Assembly (NCBI RefSeq): GCF_009914755.1
Contig: NC_060945.1
DNA length: 64,000 nt
Source of the DNA: the human T2T-CHM13v2.0 reference genome, Homo sapiens
Direction: 5' to 3' (one strand)
Part shown: positions 1 to 15,570 of the stretch, one piece after another
Layout: every line of letters starts with the position of its first letter
Position numbering within the stretch: the first letter of the stretch is position 1
The notes under the pieces: generated by a model
What the model was told of the DNA's origin: nothing
What the model saw: only the letters and a program-made list of their open reading frames with translations
The model's database searches: none
Made by a program: the position numbers and the translations under genes

Positions 1-1273
1 TTTCACTTAGACGGCGGGGAGGGCTGAGATCAAAAGAGATGGGTGGGGAGGGCATCTGATGGATAATTATTGCCAGGCTTACTGCCAGGTAAGACCAAAG
101 AACCGTGATATTTGCCCTCGTCTGCAAATAGCACACACATTCTTTTTATTAGAAACGTATTTAAATGTCAGGAGCCATTACTCATTGAATGGAATTTGTT
201 GACACATGGATAAAGCATAGTATCTAAGAGACATTAAGACCTGGAATTTTTTTCCTTAGAGAATACCTTATTTGTAATTCCAGTAAAACCCTCAACACCA
301 GGCCAATCTCACAGAGCCATAAAAGCTACTTGGTATTATCAACCCTTTAGTCCAATTCCCGGCAATGTAGAAACTCTTAGTTCCCAGGGATACTGACAGA
401 ACAAGGCAGCACACTGTTATAGAAGTGAATTATTCTAATGTGGTTCTCCACCGCAGCAGATGGGATGGACTGATACCTGTCCCCTTATTCTTTACGTTCA
501 GGAAGAGGGTGACACTCTGGCCAGGGCTGTTCACAGCACTGAATTCCAGCAGGGGAGCTGATATGGCAACCAGAAGAGGCCCTACGACAGACAACCTGGA
601 GCCAGCACACGCGATGGGAGGATGCCCTCTCTCAAGCTCAGGAGTCCTCCAAGTGTGCCTGCTCCCCAAGAACCTTTCCAAACCCAAGTGAAATTTCAAA
701 AGCCACCAGGGAATTTTTGTTTCACAGGTTTCCTGAAAACCAACCATCCACACTCCCATTTTTCCTGGGCACAATCCAACCCTTACCCATCACAAGATTG
801 TAACTGGGAGGCAAAAGTCACTTATTAAAAAGCCATAAAAGTCCTCTTTGAGGACGTCACTGGCTTAGAGCTTCAAGGGCTTTCTCCGAGGTGGGCAGAA
901 CAGGAACAGAGGACTGGCACACACTACAAGCTTCAGGGCCATGGGCACATGGAGGGTATTTCATTTACCAGGAGAGGAGATGCCCACAGCTAAGTCATCC
1001 TCACAACCAGGAAGGCCCTGTGCCACTCAGCCCCCAGGAGCCTCCTCAGATATCCCCATTGTTCAGGCTCTGCCAGGTTCTGGCCCTATCGCCAGCCTGA
1101 AGCGAGTCCTGTCCTCACAGACAGATCCTGTGGCTGCTGACACACACCTTTCTACATAGACACCTCTCATTTCATCTGTGTGGGGATCAGGGGCAGAGAA
1201 TGGAGGAAAAACCACTACAGTCCTCCAAGGGAAGGAGACCCATGGAAGGCACGAGACACTGTGGTCCCCTCAC

Positions 1274-1406
1274 CTTTGAATCCCTCTTGGTCACCAGGGT
1301 GTACAAGGTCTTTTTATTCAAATCAAAATGGCTGCAGACGTCCCTGGCAGCTTCCGGACCCTGGGTCACCATGGCGGTCATCAGGCTCAGGCAGGCGCGA
1401 GCCAAC
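1274..1406 (-). CDS. URB1: URB1 coding exon 4 (133 nt; ..RLARACLSLMTAMVTQGPEAARDVCSHFDLNKKTLYTLVTKRDSK)
   Basis: Minus-strand acceptor GTGCAG|G at 1407-1408 and donor AAG|GTGAGG at 1272-1273. In phase with exon 3 (cumulative 567 nt = 189 codons). Peptide matches recalled URB1/Npa1 N-terminus. Confidence 0.96.
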
Positions 1407-2164
1407 CTGCACAGGGAACCAGAGGAAATCGGACACGTCAACAACAGCAGAAGCACAGAGCCGCCTCACCACAAAGCCAGCTGCAAGCTGCTTGTGTTAT
1501 TTGCTATCCCCAAACCAGAAAAAAAGAAGGAAAAAGACATGCTCTTTTTTTAAGGAAAAAGAAAAAAAAAAGCATAAAGATTCAAAATAACGCTAAAAAT
1601 TAAAACTAAGTAGGATTAACAATATAAACACAAGATTTGAAGAAGATGGACATTTCTCTCTGGAGTGAGCCACTGTGTGATCAATAGACCACACCTCAGT
1701 CCCTGTGACTGCAGAATACAGAGGACGACTTCTTCACAAAGGCATCTCTGAATGCGAGCTCTTGGCTGTCTTTCCGTTCTGCGGTTATCCAGATTCCATG
1801 GTTTTCTGAGCACCTGCTACATGCAAGGCCCTGTTCTAGGTGCTGGGAAGGTGGCATTTTATAACACAGGCAAGGCCCTGCCACATGCACCTATAGGATT
1901 CCAGTAGAGGGAGTCACTCAACAGATAATAGCAGCAAGGACAGTAGCAGGCAGGACAAGAGGGACAAGGGGTAAGTAAGAGAGGAGTCAGGGACAGCCAG
2001 GGCTGGTCCACAAAGGAAGGGGGCAGAGACTCGGTCACTGTGGCCTCGGAAATAGCTCAGCTCTCCTCTAGCCATAAAGGTACTGACCAAATGCACCTGC
2101 GGAGAGCTGAATGCAGACCAAACCCAAAGGCCCATCCTTTGTCACACCAAGGCAGACTGCCTAC

Positions 2165-2316
2165 CTGTAACCTGAGGCATACAGGGACTCACAGATGAGC
2201 TTCATGTGGTTGTTCATCAGCTTTTTCACAATGTTGGTTCCCACAACATGGAAATGTGAAAGATCACTTGCTGTCCGCAATAATATGGCCTCGAAAACTT
2301 GAAATATTAACATCGT
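2165..2316 (-). CDS. URB1: URB1 coding exon 3 (152 nt; TMLIFQVFEAILLRTASD...SLYASGYR)
   Basis: Acceptor TTTGCAG|ACG, donor CAG|GTAGGC; phase 0 start, phase 2 end, consistent with flanking exons. Confidence 0.96.
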
Positions 2317-2551
2317 CTGCAAAGACAGAATTGAAACGCTTAGAAATCGTCTCATTTCCTTTCCTCCTGTACATATATGCTCCTTTTGTCTTAGCCATAG
2401 TTACTTGTAGGCTTAAAGCCTTCAACATGCAGGATGACGCCCACCCAGATCCTGAGTCAAACGCGACAGCTTGGCAGGCTGATCTGCAGGACCCATGCCC
2501 TGCATGTAGCCCCACTCCCATAGTCCAGCAAAATAAAGAACAGCTTGTTAG

Positions 2552-2910
<359 letters not shown>

Positions 2911-3393
2911 TCAAATGAGAAGAAAATTCTCTTAATGACTGGGTCTCATTCCTTTAGAGATATTCAGATCTACATCCTTATAGCAATAACCCTGAGATTT
3001 CAACAGGCGCATCAATATCCCAATGTTCAATCTCTTTGGAATCAGAAAACAATCATCAATTCATTATGTGTTGTGAGTCTGTGACACCACATGTTTATGT
3101 GTTTCCCTTTTGTTTAAATAAACCATACCGAAACCAAGTATATTTTGATTAGGAATCTATGATCCTTCCTTCTGATGTCATTCATCAAATGTTAATAATA
3201 AGTGAGAATTTTCCACTAAAATGCTTTCAAGGTCATGGAGGCAAAAAATGAATACATTCCTACAGCACAGGGACAAAGCATCATTTTCTATAGAAAGTTG
3301 GTAATGGAAATTTCTATCACATTTTTCCTCATCAAACTTAACAGCAGCATTAACTTTTCTTCTCTTCATCAAGCCATGTAAGGAACAACTTAC

Positions 3394-3533
3394 TTCACTT
3401 TCAGGTCGTTTCTCTCCACTTAGGAGCTGGAAAATTTCGACACACTCAACAGAAATCTTTATATACCCTTCCACAACATCATACACTTCTTCTCGTGGTA
3501 GCTTCTTGGCAGCAGACACAAACGCTTCCAAGC
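3394..3533 (-). CDS. URB1: URB1 coding exon 2 (140 nt; GLEAFVSAAKKLPREEVYDVVEGY...KRPESE)
   Basis: Acceptor TTTTCAG|GC, donor GAA|GTAAGT; exon 1 + exon 2 = 282 nt = 94 codons. Confidence 0.96.
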
Positions 3534-3666
3534 CTGAAAAAAAAGTTATGTTCAAACATTAACAAGGTCAGTCTTCTTAGAAACAATCACAGCCACCACT
3601 GCAACCTGCTTTCCCTATTCTGTGACCTTCCCCGATCCACCTACACTGCACAGAAGCTACTATGAA

Positions 3667-4370
3667 TGCTATCAACTTAACTGTTTCTCTCCAAAATTCA
3701 TGTTGAAACCCTAAACCCGGCCGGGCGCGGTGGCTCACGCCTGTAATCCCAGCACTTTGGGAGGCTAAGGCAGGCAGATCACCTGAGGTCAGGAGTTCAA
3801 GACCAGCCTGGCCAACATGGTGAAACCCCCTCTCTACTAAAAATACAAAAATTAGCCAGGTGTGGTGGCACATATCTGTAGTCCCAGCTACTTGGGAGGC
3901 TGAGGCAGAATTGTGAGAACTCAGGAGGCAGAGGTTACAGTGAGCCGAGATCGCGCCATTGCACCCCAGCCTAGGTGACAGAGCAAGACTCTGTCTCAGG
4001 AAAAAAAAAAAAAAGAAAGAAAGAAACCCTAAGCCCTAAAAAGACAGTATTTGGAGATATAGTCTTTTAGGAGATAACTCAGGTTAAGTGAGTTCATGAG
4101 GGTGAGGTCCTGATCTAACAGGACTGGTGTCCTTAGAGGAGAAGGAGACATCAGAGAGCTCCCTCTCTGCATGTGGATAGAGGAAAGGCCATGTGAGGAC
4201 ACAGCAAGAGGGCAGTTGTCTGCAAGCCAGGACGTGCCCTTACCAGGATGTGACTATGCCAATGCCTTGATCGCGGACGTGGCCTTCAGAACTGTGAGGA
4301 AATAAATTCCTCTTGTTTAAGCCACCCAGTCTATGGTATTTTGTTATGGCTGCCCTAGTAGATTAATCCA
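3667..4370 (+). mobile_element. MaLR LTR (MLT1A-like) interrupted by an Alu
   Basis: MLT1-type motifs (GTATTTGGAGAT, AGGCCATGTGAGGACACAG, AATAAATTC...TTTAAGCCACCCAGTCTATGGTATTTTGTTATGGC). Confidence 0.75.
3719..4022 (+). mobile_element. AluS (Sx-like)
   Basis: Full dimer with A tail; TSD GAAACCCTAA(A/G)CCC. Confidence 0.92.
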
Positions 4371-4559
4371 CAAGGACATTATGAACACACTTAGAAACCA
4401 TGAAGGCAATAAGGAATGAGACAAACTGAGTGCCAATGTGACTCCCAGGTTTGACTACTGAGTCTGGCAATGACTCGTCTGGATCCCCATAGAGCTTTTG
4501 TTCCCTCAACTGTAGAATGGGTATAACAAGAAAAACCATATAGAGCATGGTAACGAAAC

Positions 4560-4750
4560 ATTACCAAGAGCTTTACTTACATGACATCAGCTAATTCTCA
4601 CTGCAACCCTCCACCCTAGGTATGAGTATTTTTTTCCCTAGGTACTAGTATTTCACAGATGAGAAAACTGAGGCCCTTGTCCAAAGGTACACAGCTTAGG
4701 AGAGGTAGAGCCAGGACTCCAATCCAGGCAGTCGGGCTCCAGAGCCCATA
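4560..4750 (-). mobile_element. MIR
   Basis: MIR core TTTCACAGATGAGAAAACTGAGGC. Confidence 0.65.
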
Positions 4751-5149
4751 TTCTCCCTCCACGAACTGGATGATTCCTGCTCATGCAATGGAGCTGATGC
4801 CTGTTGCTCTGAGTGCACTGGCACACAGAGTGTCCGTGCTGCACCTGGCCCACAGTCAGTATGCCAAGCATCAGTTGACATCAGTGCTCTTTCAAAACCC
4901 AAAGGAGGGCACCCCACTAGAGTGTTTCCCCATAAGGCCACCCCAGAAGTTCCCCACTCAAAAATCTCCCCTCTCAACAGCCTGAGGATTCTACTACCCT
5001 TCCTGCAATTAATACAACCTCCCCTCCCCTACCACTGACACCTGAATCTGAACCCCCACCAGAACCCCACCCTACCAACTGGGAGCCACCTGTGTGCCGC
5101 TGCCCACAGAATTCTCCTGCCAGAACCTGTTCTATAAAACTGCCTTTCA

Positions 5150-5328
<179 letters not shown>

Positions 5329-5992
5329 TCAAAACTAGGAAGGCAGGGCATGGCAGTGGGTTGGAAGCCGCATGAGAGCGTAAGCTAAAGGTAACACATC
5401 TTACTGAGGCCTTCATCTCTTCTGGGGAGTGAAGACTTCACCTTATTCAAAAAAAAAAAAAAAAAAAGCAGAGGAAGGGACTAAATATTTCTATTAAAAC
5501 CCACTTAGTAATGACCAATACAGTAAAATGTAAAATGCCACAAACTTTAAGAAATACACTACAGTCTTCATAGACACATCAGAATAGCGTGGTCTGCTTT
5601 AGGGAGTGTCTGGGCATCCCTAAGGGGTCCTTCCTTCTCTGCCTTGGGGCCACAGGCAATGGATCTAATCCTTCTTTCCCACACCAGCTGCCATCACCCT
5701 AGTCAGCACCTCTGAACACCAAACACTTCCTTTAACCTCTCTCCAGAAATGAGAGTTTCGAGATCCTTCTGTGTTCAGGTCAGTCTCTATGTTCCCTTGA
5801 AGCATGAGGCCCAGAACAGGGCTTGGTACTGCAGGTGAGCTCCACTAGCTGAGCAGAGAGGACCAACACATGCTTCCTCTTGGACAGCAATTCTGCGTGT
5901 CTCAGATTCAAGTCCTGACGCTGCTAAGCCACATCTGCCGGGGACGCATGAGCACGCCATTACACCAAAAACATACCAGAAAAGAACAAAAT

Positions 5993-6190
5993 TGGAGCCA
6001 GACTCCTGGGCACAAATCCCCGCTCAGTCACTTACTAGCTGCATGGTACTCAGTAAGGCACTGAACTCTGAGCTCTGGGTACCTCACCTGTATAACGGAA
6101 CAAGAACAGAACCTACCTGACAGGGTTTGTATGAAGCGTAAAAAGGCTAATTTACACATAAAGCATCCAGCATCACACTTAGGTCAAGGT
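5993..6190 (+). mobile_element. MIR
   Basis: GGAGCCAGACTCCTGGG...CACTTACTAGCTG...CCTCACCTGTATAACGG pattern. Confidence 0.6.
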
Positions 6191-6719
6191 AAACCCTCAA
6201 AACATAAGCAGCCCCCCGGGTGTCCTCAGCAGCAGCAGTGAAAATCCAGTCACATTCGGCCTCTGCCAGCCTCACAGGTGTTTTCAGATCCCCTTTTATG
6301 CTGCAACATTTTCCGCAGCAACCACCGCCATTCCTTTAACAGTCACTGAGCAAGTGCATCTGCTATGCCAGGCGCTGCTCTGAGCTTCGGGGCCAGACTC
6401 CATTGCTGCCGTCTGCAGCGTGGTCTGGTGGTGATTATGAGCAGGCCATGGGTGTTCTGACCAAGGTGACTGTGAGTTACAGGAGCTCAGTCGGCACAGG
6501 CACCCTGGAGTTATGCATACCTACTCTGTCCCTCAAGAAAACACAGAATGCAAGTGATAGCAAGGGCTGTTAATACAGAAAGAGCAGTGCAACTACTCAC
6601 TCTTTTTTAAGGAATTATTCGTCAAACTCTAGCATGTAACTCTGAGCATTCCAGAGTATTACAGGGTGGAAACTGCTGGCCTGTTATGTTTGCCGTCTTT
6701 ACAGGTTCATCTTTCCATA

Positions 6720-7450
6720 CACCATTTACTGGGCACCTACCAGGTGCACCTACAGGGGGTGCCCGAGACGTGCTGATGAGCAAATTAGAAATGGCCTCTA
6801 CCCACATGGTCCTTACAATCTAATGATAGAGACCAATGTGAGTATTTATTAAGCACCTACCGCAATCACTTACATAGACACGTATAGCACCTGTAGTTAA
6901 GTGCTATGAAGCAAACATCAAGAGTATAATGAGGACTGTACCTAGGGAACATGATCTAGATTAGAGGGTTGGGAAGGTTTCCTTTGAAGAAGTAATGCTG
7001 AACCTATTATTAATAATAGTAAACGTAAGTATTGAGGGGGCAGAGGGTGAGACCACATTCCAGGCCCCAAGGCTGGAGGGTACACTGGAGCCAGGTGAGT
7101 GGGGAGGGGTGACTGAGTGAGTGGGGGAGGGCAGCCTGAGATGAAGTCAAAGAAGCAGGCGGGGCTAGATGAAGCAATGGAAATGACTTTGGATTTTATC
7201 CTAAGGGCAGTGGGATACCACTGAAGGGTGTCATGAGAGGAGTGACATAATCAGATTTGGAGCTCTGAAGGATCATTTGACTGCTGCACACAGCACGGGC
7301 TGCAGGGAAGCAACAGCAAGAGAGACCAACTCTGGGCAACTCCAGCCACGGTCCCAGCAGGGACTGATGATGCCTGGACTAGAATGATGATGAAGGAAAG
7401 AGGGGGAGCAGACAGATTCCAGAAATTCTCAGGAGGAGAATCAACCACCA
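6720..7450 (+). mobile_element. Degenerate L2 fragment(s)
   Basis: L2-like phrases (ATTTATTAAGCACCTAC, GACTTTGGATTTTATCCTAAGGGCAGTGGG..CCACTGAAGGG, TGACATAATCAGATTT). Strand tentative. Confidence 0.5.
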
Positions 7451-8214
7451 AGGCCAGGGGACAGACTGATGCAGACGGAGGGTTCTGGCAGGAACATCCA
7501 GCTAATCAGAATTACCACTTATGCAGTGGGGAAACCAGAAGCAATGTGGGGAGAAGGAGATCAAGAGTTTAACCATTAGTGTACTCTCTTACAGTATGGC
7601 CTTTTCTCTATCACCAGTGGAGTCGTGGGCAAACACTTTCAAAGGAACTGGCTTAGAGCCAAACCCTTCTTGATGGGGGATCTTCCCACAGGCTGACACT
7701 GATCCACTCTGGAATATCCTCAGTCCTTACCAATCTAACCTGGCAGCTCTTGTTCCTCCACTACACGAAGGGAGCATCATCAGAACCCTTCCCTCACATG
7801 CCTGGTGAAAACAAAGTCTCCTAACAGCCATCAACTTCACTTCCCTGATCTTCCAGCAATCCTATCATAGGTTATGAGAGCGTATAAAGAGGAAGAGAGG
7901 AGGAGAGAATCCAAGATACAGACCAGATTCAAACACAAGTTCAACACAGCCTCAAACAAGGGATCCACACTTTCACCCATTGACTCAGCTTTGCCCCATC
8001 TTTCAACTACTCACCTACACCCATGCCCTGTCAACCTGGGTCTCCTTCTGACATGTGTTCAAATGATGTAGCACCTGAATGTCATGAGGCTCTCTGTGCA
8101 AGACCATGAAATATAGATACTACATCTTTTTAACAATTAAACGTGCTCTTTCTTCTGCCAGTAAGGTTCCTGTCCCTGTCCCATCCTACAATCCTTTTGA
8201 AAAGCCACTTCCTC

Positions 8215-9232
<1,018 letters not shown>

Positions 9233-9565
9233 GAAAAGCCACTTCCTCAGGGGAGCCTTCTTTGAGCTCCCAGATTAGATCCAAGGTCTGTTAAACACCC
9301 TCAGGCACCATGTACCTCTCCTTTGGAAAACTCGTGCTTGAAACTGTATGTATGTGATTTTACTGACCAATATCTGCCTGCCCCACTCGACTGTTTGTAA
9401 GCCCCACAATGGCAGAGGCTTTTTGACATTTTTATTCATCACTTTATCTCTACCGTAGCAAATAATAGCCTCTAGTAATACTTAATGAATTCGGAAATAA
9501 ATAACTCTATGCTAACTAAGTATCATCTTCCTAGCTGTGACTAGCAAGTACAGGTATAGGTATCA

Positions 9566-9884
<319 letters not shown>

Positions 9885-10419
9885 TGAGGACAAAAATTGG
9901 AAGTTGAAGATATTTTGGCCATTAATTTAATCGTTTATTTAACCTGGGAGAAAAACTGCCACTGTTTTATTTTAGAGCAATGCTTCCACATGGCAACACG
10001 TTCAATTGCGTTTTTCCCAAACCATGTTACTTTCCAAACGATTACAAGTAGTCGCGAAGGGTGGTCACACTTTACAAAAAGTGTAATTAAATTATAGAGT
10101 CGGCTACATCTCAGTCACTGGCCCATTCCTGGTCAACTGACAAGTAGCTGTGGTGGCTTCTAGTAGCTTGTTACAAGTCATCAAGTCAGTATGAGTGTTG
10201 GGGGATGGAAGCTATTGAAAACGGTGCTGACGGCCCAAGGAGTAGCAAACTGTCTCATGAACCGTCCTGAGCCGACTCAGTAAGGACTCAATAGAGAAGG
10301 ACACTTCATTTACTTCCCTGACAACTGCAATAAAGAGGTTTTAGAGCTCGCTGAGGGATGCTGCCTGGGCAAGGGAAATAAATGTGTTGTAACATGAAAC
10401 GGTCCCAATCAAGCAAGTC

Positions 10420-11420
10420 GGGGCCCTCTCGCTGTCGCCGACAGTCCAGAGCAAGGAAGTACACAGCAGTCCTGAACCTCAGTTTTCTGCAAACCAGAGG
10501 CTTGCCACTGAGCCTATGTGACCCGAAAGCTGCAGAAAGGAGAGGCTGTGCCCGGCACACGGAGGCCGCCTCGCCAGCCTGTGCTCCCGACCCTGCGCCT
10601 GCCGCCCCGGACTCACCTGGCCCGGGGCCCTGCGGGTCCTTCAGCTGAGCCTTGAACCGCACGCCCGTGAGCTCTTCTTTGCGGGCGCGCTTGGCTGCAC
10701 CCGCGGAGGAAGCCGCGCCGTCCTGGCCGCCCGAGGCCTTCCTCTTGGGGACCCCCATGGCCGAGAGGGCGGAAGCGCGACGGAAACGACACACCTGAGG
10801 GGACCCGGCAGGAGCACTGGCACAGACAGCAGACACGCGCTTCAGGCCCACATGGCGCAGGAAGAGGCGGGGCTGGCGGAAGAGGCGGGGCTCGGGGAAA
10901 GGCCGGCGGAAGGGGCCGACCCGCGCGAGGCTGGGACCGGCGGAAGGGGCGTGGCCTGCAGAAGGGGCGGGGCGATAGGGATCCAGAGTCTTGGGGCTCC
11001 CTGTGAGTTTGCTGTACCGGTTGTCCCGGTCACGGCATGGGGCGAGCGGACACTCCACGACACCTCCCGCCCCCGGCTGCAGGGTTTGGGGTCCACCGGG
11101 GCGCATTTCTGATCCCAGTGGCTCTTCGGGTGCTCTTGGCCGGAAGAACTCCCAGACCTTTCACTCCTGGCCTGGCCGATCCACGAAGACTCGGGCCCCG
11201 GCGCGTCCAAGCAGCACAATGAGTAGTTCTTGACCCGAGGTCGCCCTGAAGGTGTCGCATGAAGAGCTTGCTTCACACACAACAGGATTCGATACTTTGC
11301 CAATTCAAGGCCCTGGTGGCTGGCCGGGAAGGTGGATTCGCCTTGGCTAGGTGCCAGGCAGGTCCGCCTGTGCGGGTGCCCCTGACTTCGACCCCTAGCT
11401 TATGTCACAGCCCGAACCAG
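10420..11420. promoter_or_regulatory. CpG island / bidirectional promoter of URB1 and URB1-AS1
   Basis: High GC and CpG density; repeated GGAAG(A/G)GGCGGGG ETS+GC-box motifs at 10860-10972; no TATA box seen. Confidence 0.88.
10617..10758 (-). CDS. URB1: URB1 coding exon 1 (142 nt; MGVPKRKASGGQDG...KDPQGPGP), nucleolar pre-ribosomal-associated protein 1
   Basis: ATG at 10758 in strong Kozak context (GCCATGG), donor CAG|GTGAGT, inside a CpG island. Basic KRK...KRARK clusters resemble an NLS. Confidence 0.97.
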
Positions 11421-11770
11421 ATCGACTGGTCTGGTAGCAGCCTGTCACTCCAGACTGTCCTCCACCCCAGACTTCCGCAAACTGATGGGCTCTTTGCGCC
11501 GTGCAGGGTGGGAGGAGAAGACCAAACGAAGTAACGTCTGTAAAACCCCTTCCTGGACAGCGTAAGGCCTCCACATCTAAGTTCCTGTCATTAAAATGGA
11601 GACAGCAAAGCCGACCCTATCCAGTCCTTGGGACTGTTATGAACAGAAAATGATGCAATGTATGAAAAACTGCTTTGAGGAGAAAAACAACACAGTGTGT
11701 TTTTGGAAGATGTGATTGATTTGTAAACCGCATTAAATGCTCTGAAATAAAATGAAAGTAAAAATAAGTA
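11000..11770 (+). ncRNA. URB1-AS1: URB1 divergent lncRNA (URB1-AS1 / C21orf119), boundaries approximate
   Basis: Recalled head-to-head position next to URB1. Sequence shows a CpG-rich 5' part and poly(A) signals ATTAAA (11732) and AATAAA (11746); no credible long ORF. Confidence 0.7.
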
Positions 11771-12879
11771 AAAACAGGCTGGTACATATTTTAATACGAC
11801 TTCATCGATACTTAGGTATGTGTCCAAATAAATCATGAACCAGCGCATTAGATAAGTAACTTGGTGATTACTGAAATTCTCCATCAGGTTGTCCTCTAGT
11901 CTAAGAAAATTGTGTTTCATATTCTGTAAGCAGATGTGTTTTGAACATCTGAGGATGTGGGCTTTTGTGGCCTGTTGGGGTCTCAGAGTTTCTAGTAGAA
12001 AAAGCACGTGTGTTGACGCTGAGCCTCTGTCCCGACAAGATGATTGTGCCTGTGGAGATGTCTATGTTGTAGGCAGGTCAGAGAGAGGGTGTCACCCCCA
12101 GCAGATATGAGCTAATGCAGCAATGTTAAGAGAGGGGAATATGCTCAAAAAGTCATCTGTAAAAGGCAACACTCATTAGTGAATACAGACTTAATTCTGA
12201 CTGATTATCCACACTGGTCCTCTTCTTTGGTTAATCGCTAACCACCAACTTTGTTTTCTGCCATGGTGGTCCCAACCAAAAAGTTATCAGAAAGAGTTAG
12301 GAAACAGTCAAAAGCCCTGAGTTCAGTTTCTGCCTGTGTGACCTTGGGCAAATTACCATCCCTCTGTGCTGGTTTGCTTTACAAACAATTAAAGAGCATG
12401 AGGAACTTCCCAGGATTATCCAGCTAGTAACTGGTGGAGCCAGGACTCACCCAGTGTATCCTAGTCCCAAATTAAAAACAAAGAAACAGAAGTTGGCAGT
12501 GCCCATTTACAGCCTTAGCCAGAGATGTATGGATGGCAAGTGTGGCTCAGAAGTGCATTTGGATGTTTTAGACTAAGTTAATGCCATGAATCATTGATGC
12601 TGGGTTAACCCTTTGTTCAGATATGAGGCTCACCAACCTCTGGATAGTGACTTGTCTTTCCATATCAAAGCTTTGTATTATTTGCCTCCAGGAGCATTCT
12701 GGTTTGTTGCAGACTATGTGGTACTGCTCCTAGGACATTCTAAGCTGAGGAAAAAAGCCCGAGAGCTTTTGTACTTGTTCCCTCTCTTTGAAACTCTTTG
12801 CCCAGAGCTCAAGTGGCTCAGATGTGGACTTTTCCTGTACATACCTCACTCTCTGTCTCCCGACCTTTCTTGATTGGGC

Positions 12880-13032
12880 CTACTTTATAAAGACACTCAC
12901 TAATTACATCTGAGGGCTCCACCCTCATGAGCTAGTCACCTCACAAAAGGCCTCCCACAACCAAATATCACACTTGGGATGGGGTTTCAACATAATGAAT
13001 TTGAGGGGGACACAAACGTTCAAACCATAGCA
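12880..13032 (-). mobile_element. MaLR LTR fragment (MLT1A/MST-like)
   Basis: GAGGGCTCCACCCTCATGA...TTTCAACATAATGAATTTGAGGGGGACACAAACGTTCAAACCATAGCA end. Confidence 0.65.
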
Positions 13033-13775
13033 CTTTCCCAACATGAAGATGATTTTTCAGTTAAGTTCTAACAATCTTTTCAGAAACAGATAATTCTCAC
13101 CTTGTGCCGTTAGTTCCACAAAATAAAAAATAAAGTATCCCAACATCTTTTACAAGGCTCATATAACCTTAAATACAGAACAAGCTAAGGATAACACAAA
13201 GTATGAAAATGATGAACTTATTTCAAGTATGGATATAAATGTGTGTAAATAGAATATTAGTTAACTGAATACAAAACAGCACTTGAAAAAAACACAAGAA
13301 ATACAAGGAAAGAATATCTTGCTTATATAACTCACCACAATAATGGATTAAAGGAGAAAAATCCGTTATTATTTCAATAGATGGAAAAAGACATTTGAAA
13401 AGATACCTATTTATGATTTTTAAAATTCACATAAAACTAGGGATAGAAGGACTTTCCTTAACTTGGTAAAGACTATATACCAAAAACCTGCAGCAATTAT
13501 CATGCACAATGGGAAAACTATATGAACCTGAATTATGACTGGGAACAATAGGAAAAACAGGGATGTCCACCATGCTACTATCTATTACGAGAGGTCGTGG
13601 CTAGTGAAATAAGGCAAGACAAAGAAATAAGAAATGAAACTGTAATCTAATTGGAAAATTCAATAGAAACGCAAGCTAAATAAGAATTTAGCAAGGTTGT
13701 CAGACATAAAATCAGTTACCAAAATTGGTAGCATTACCTCTACATTAGCAATAGCTAATTTAAATATGTAGGAGA

Positions 13776-14076
13776 AGCTGGGTGTGGTGGCTCATGCCTG
13801 TAATCCTAGCGCTTTGGGAGACTAAGGTGGGAGGAGCACTTGAGCTCGGGAGCAACATAGTAGGACCTCGTCTCTACAAAAAAAAAAAAAAAATTTAAGT
13901 AGCTGGTGTGGTGGTGCATATCTGTAGTCCCAGCTAGTCAGGATGCCAAGGTGTGAGGATTGCTTGAGCCCAGAAGACCGAGCCTGCAGTGAGCCAGATT
14001 GCTCCACTGCACTCCAGCCAGGGCAACAGAGGGAGACCCTGTCTCAAAAAATAAAATAAATATAAAACAAAAATAA
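13776..14076 (+). mobile_element. AluJ
   Basis: Divergent dimer; near-TSD TAAATATGT(A/G)G(G/T)AGAA. Confidence 0.85.
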
Positions 14077-14377
14077 ATAAATATGTGGTAGAAAACAAAG
14101 CACCATTTAGAAAGAAAAAAACCCTACAAATTCTCAGAATTAAACTAAAAAGACTGCACAGCATCTTTAAGGACAACATTGTAAAATAATATTTGGTTAA
14201 ATAAAGATACATACTATGTTCACAGAAGAATGTCTTCACATTGTAAAACTGCTAATTTTTCCTAAATTAAGCTGTAAACTATTACCATTCCAATAAAAAT
14301 TAAATTCAGAAAACCATAATATATTCTTATGGAAAAAGAACAATCCAGGAATAGCTAAGTCAGCTTGACAAGACTAA

Positions 14378-14832
<455 letters not shown>

Positions 14833-15156
14833 CTATGTAATGGAGGTACAGGTTAACAAATCTGAAACTTCTTTTTACATATCCTGGAATTGAAAAATAA
14901 GTAAATGGATAAAGGATGGTGGGAGCCAGGCTTCACACTGTTGGAAAAGGAAGTTACATATAAGCAAAAGGGTAAGGCTAGAACGGACCCTGTGATACCG
15001 GATTAGAGTTGGAAACACCAGCATGATCTCATGTTTAGTTTAACACAGGTAGAGATGGATTGGTACAGAAATAAGTATAAATACATATTCTACCTGGGTT
15101 TGTACACAAGCATATATTTCCTAGCTCTGTTCACTGGTAGGGCCTAGAAGCAGTCA

Positions 15157-15570
<414 letters not shown>

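Noticed and set aside
1-1273. Intronic snoRNA (URB1 is recalled to host SNORA80A)
   Set aside because: No convincing H/ACA structure recognised here; it probably lies in a later intron beyond the left edge of the window.
10306-11106. 266-aa minus-strand ORF spanning URB1 exon 1
   Set aside because: Only the 47 codons from the Kozak ATG (10758) to the GT donor are URB1. The rest is stop-poor CpG-island and intron sequence.
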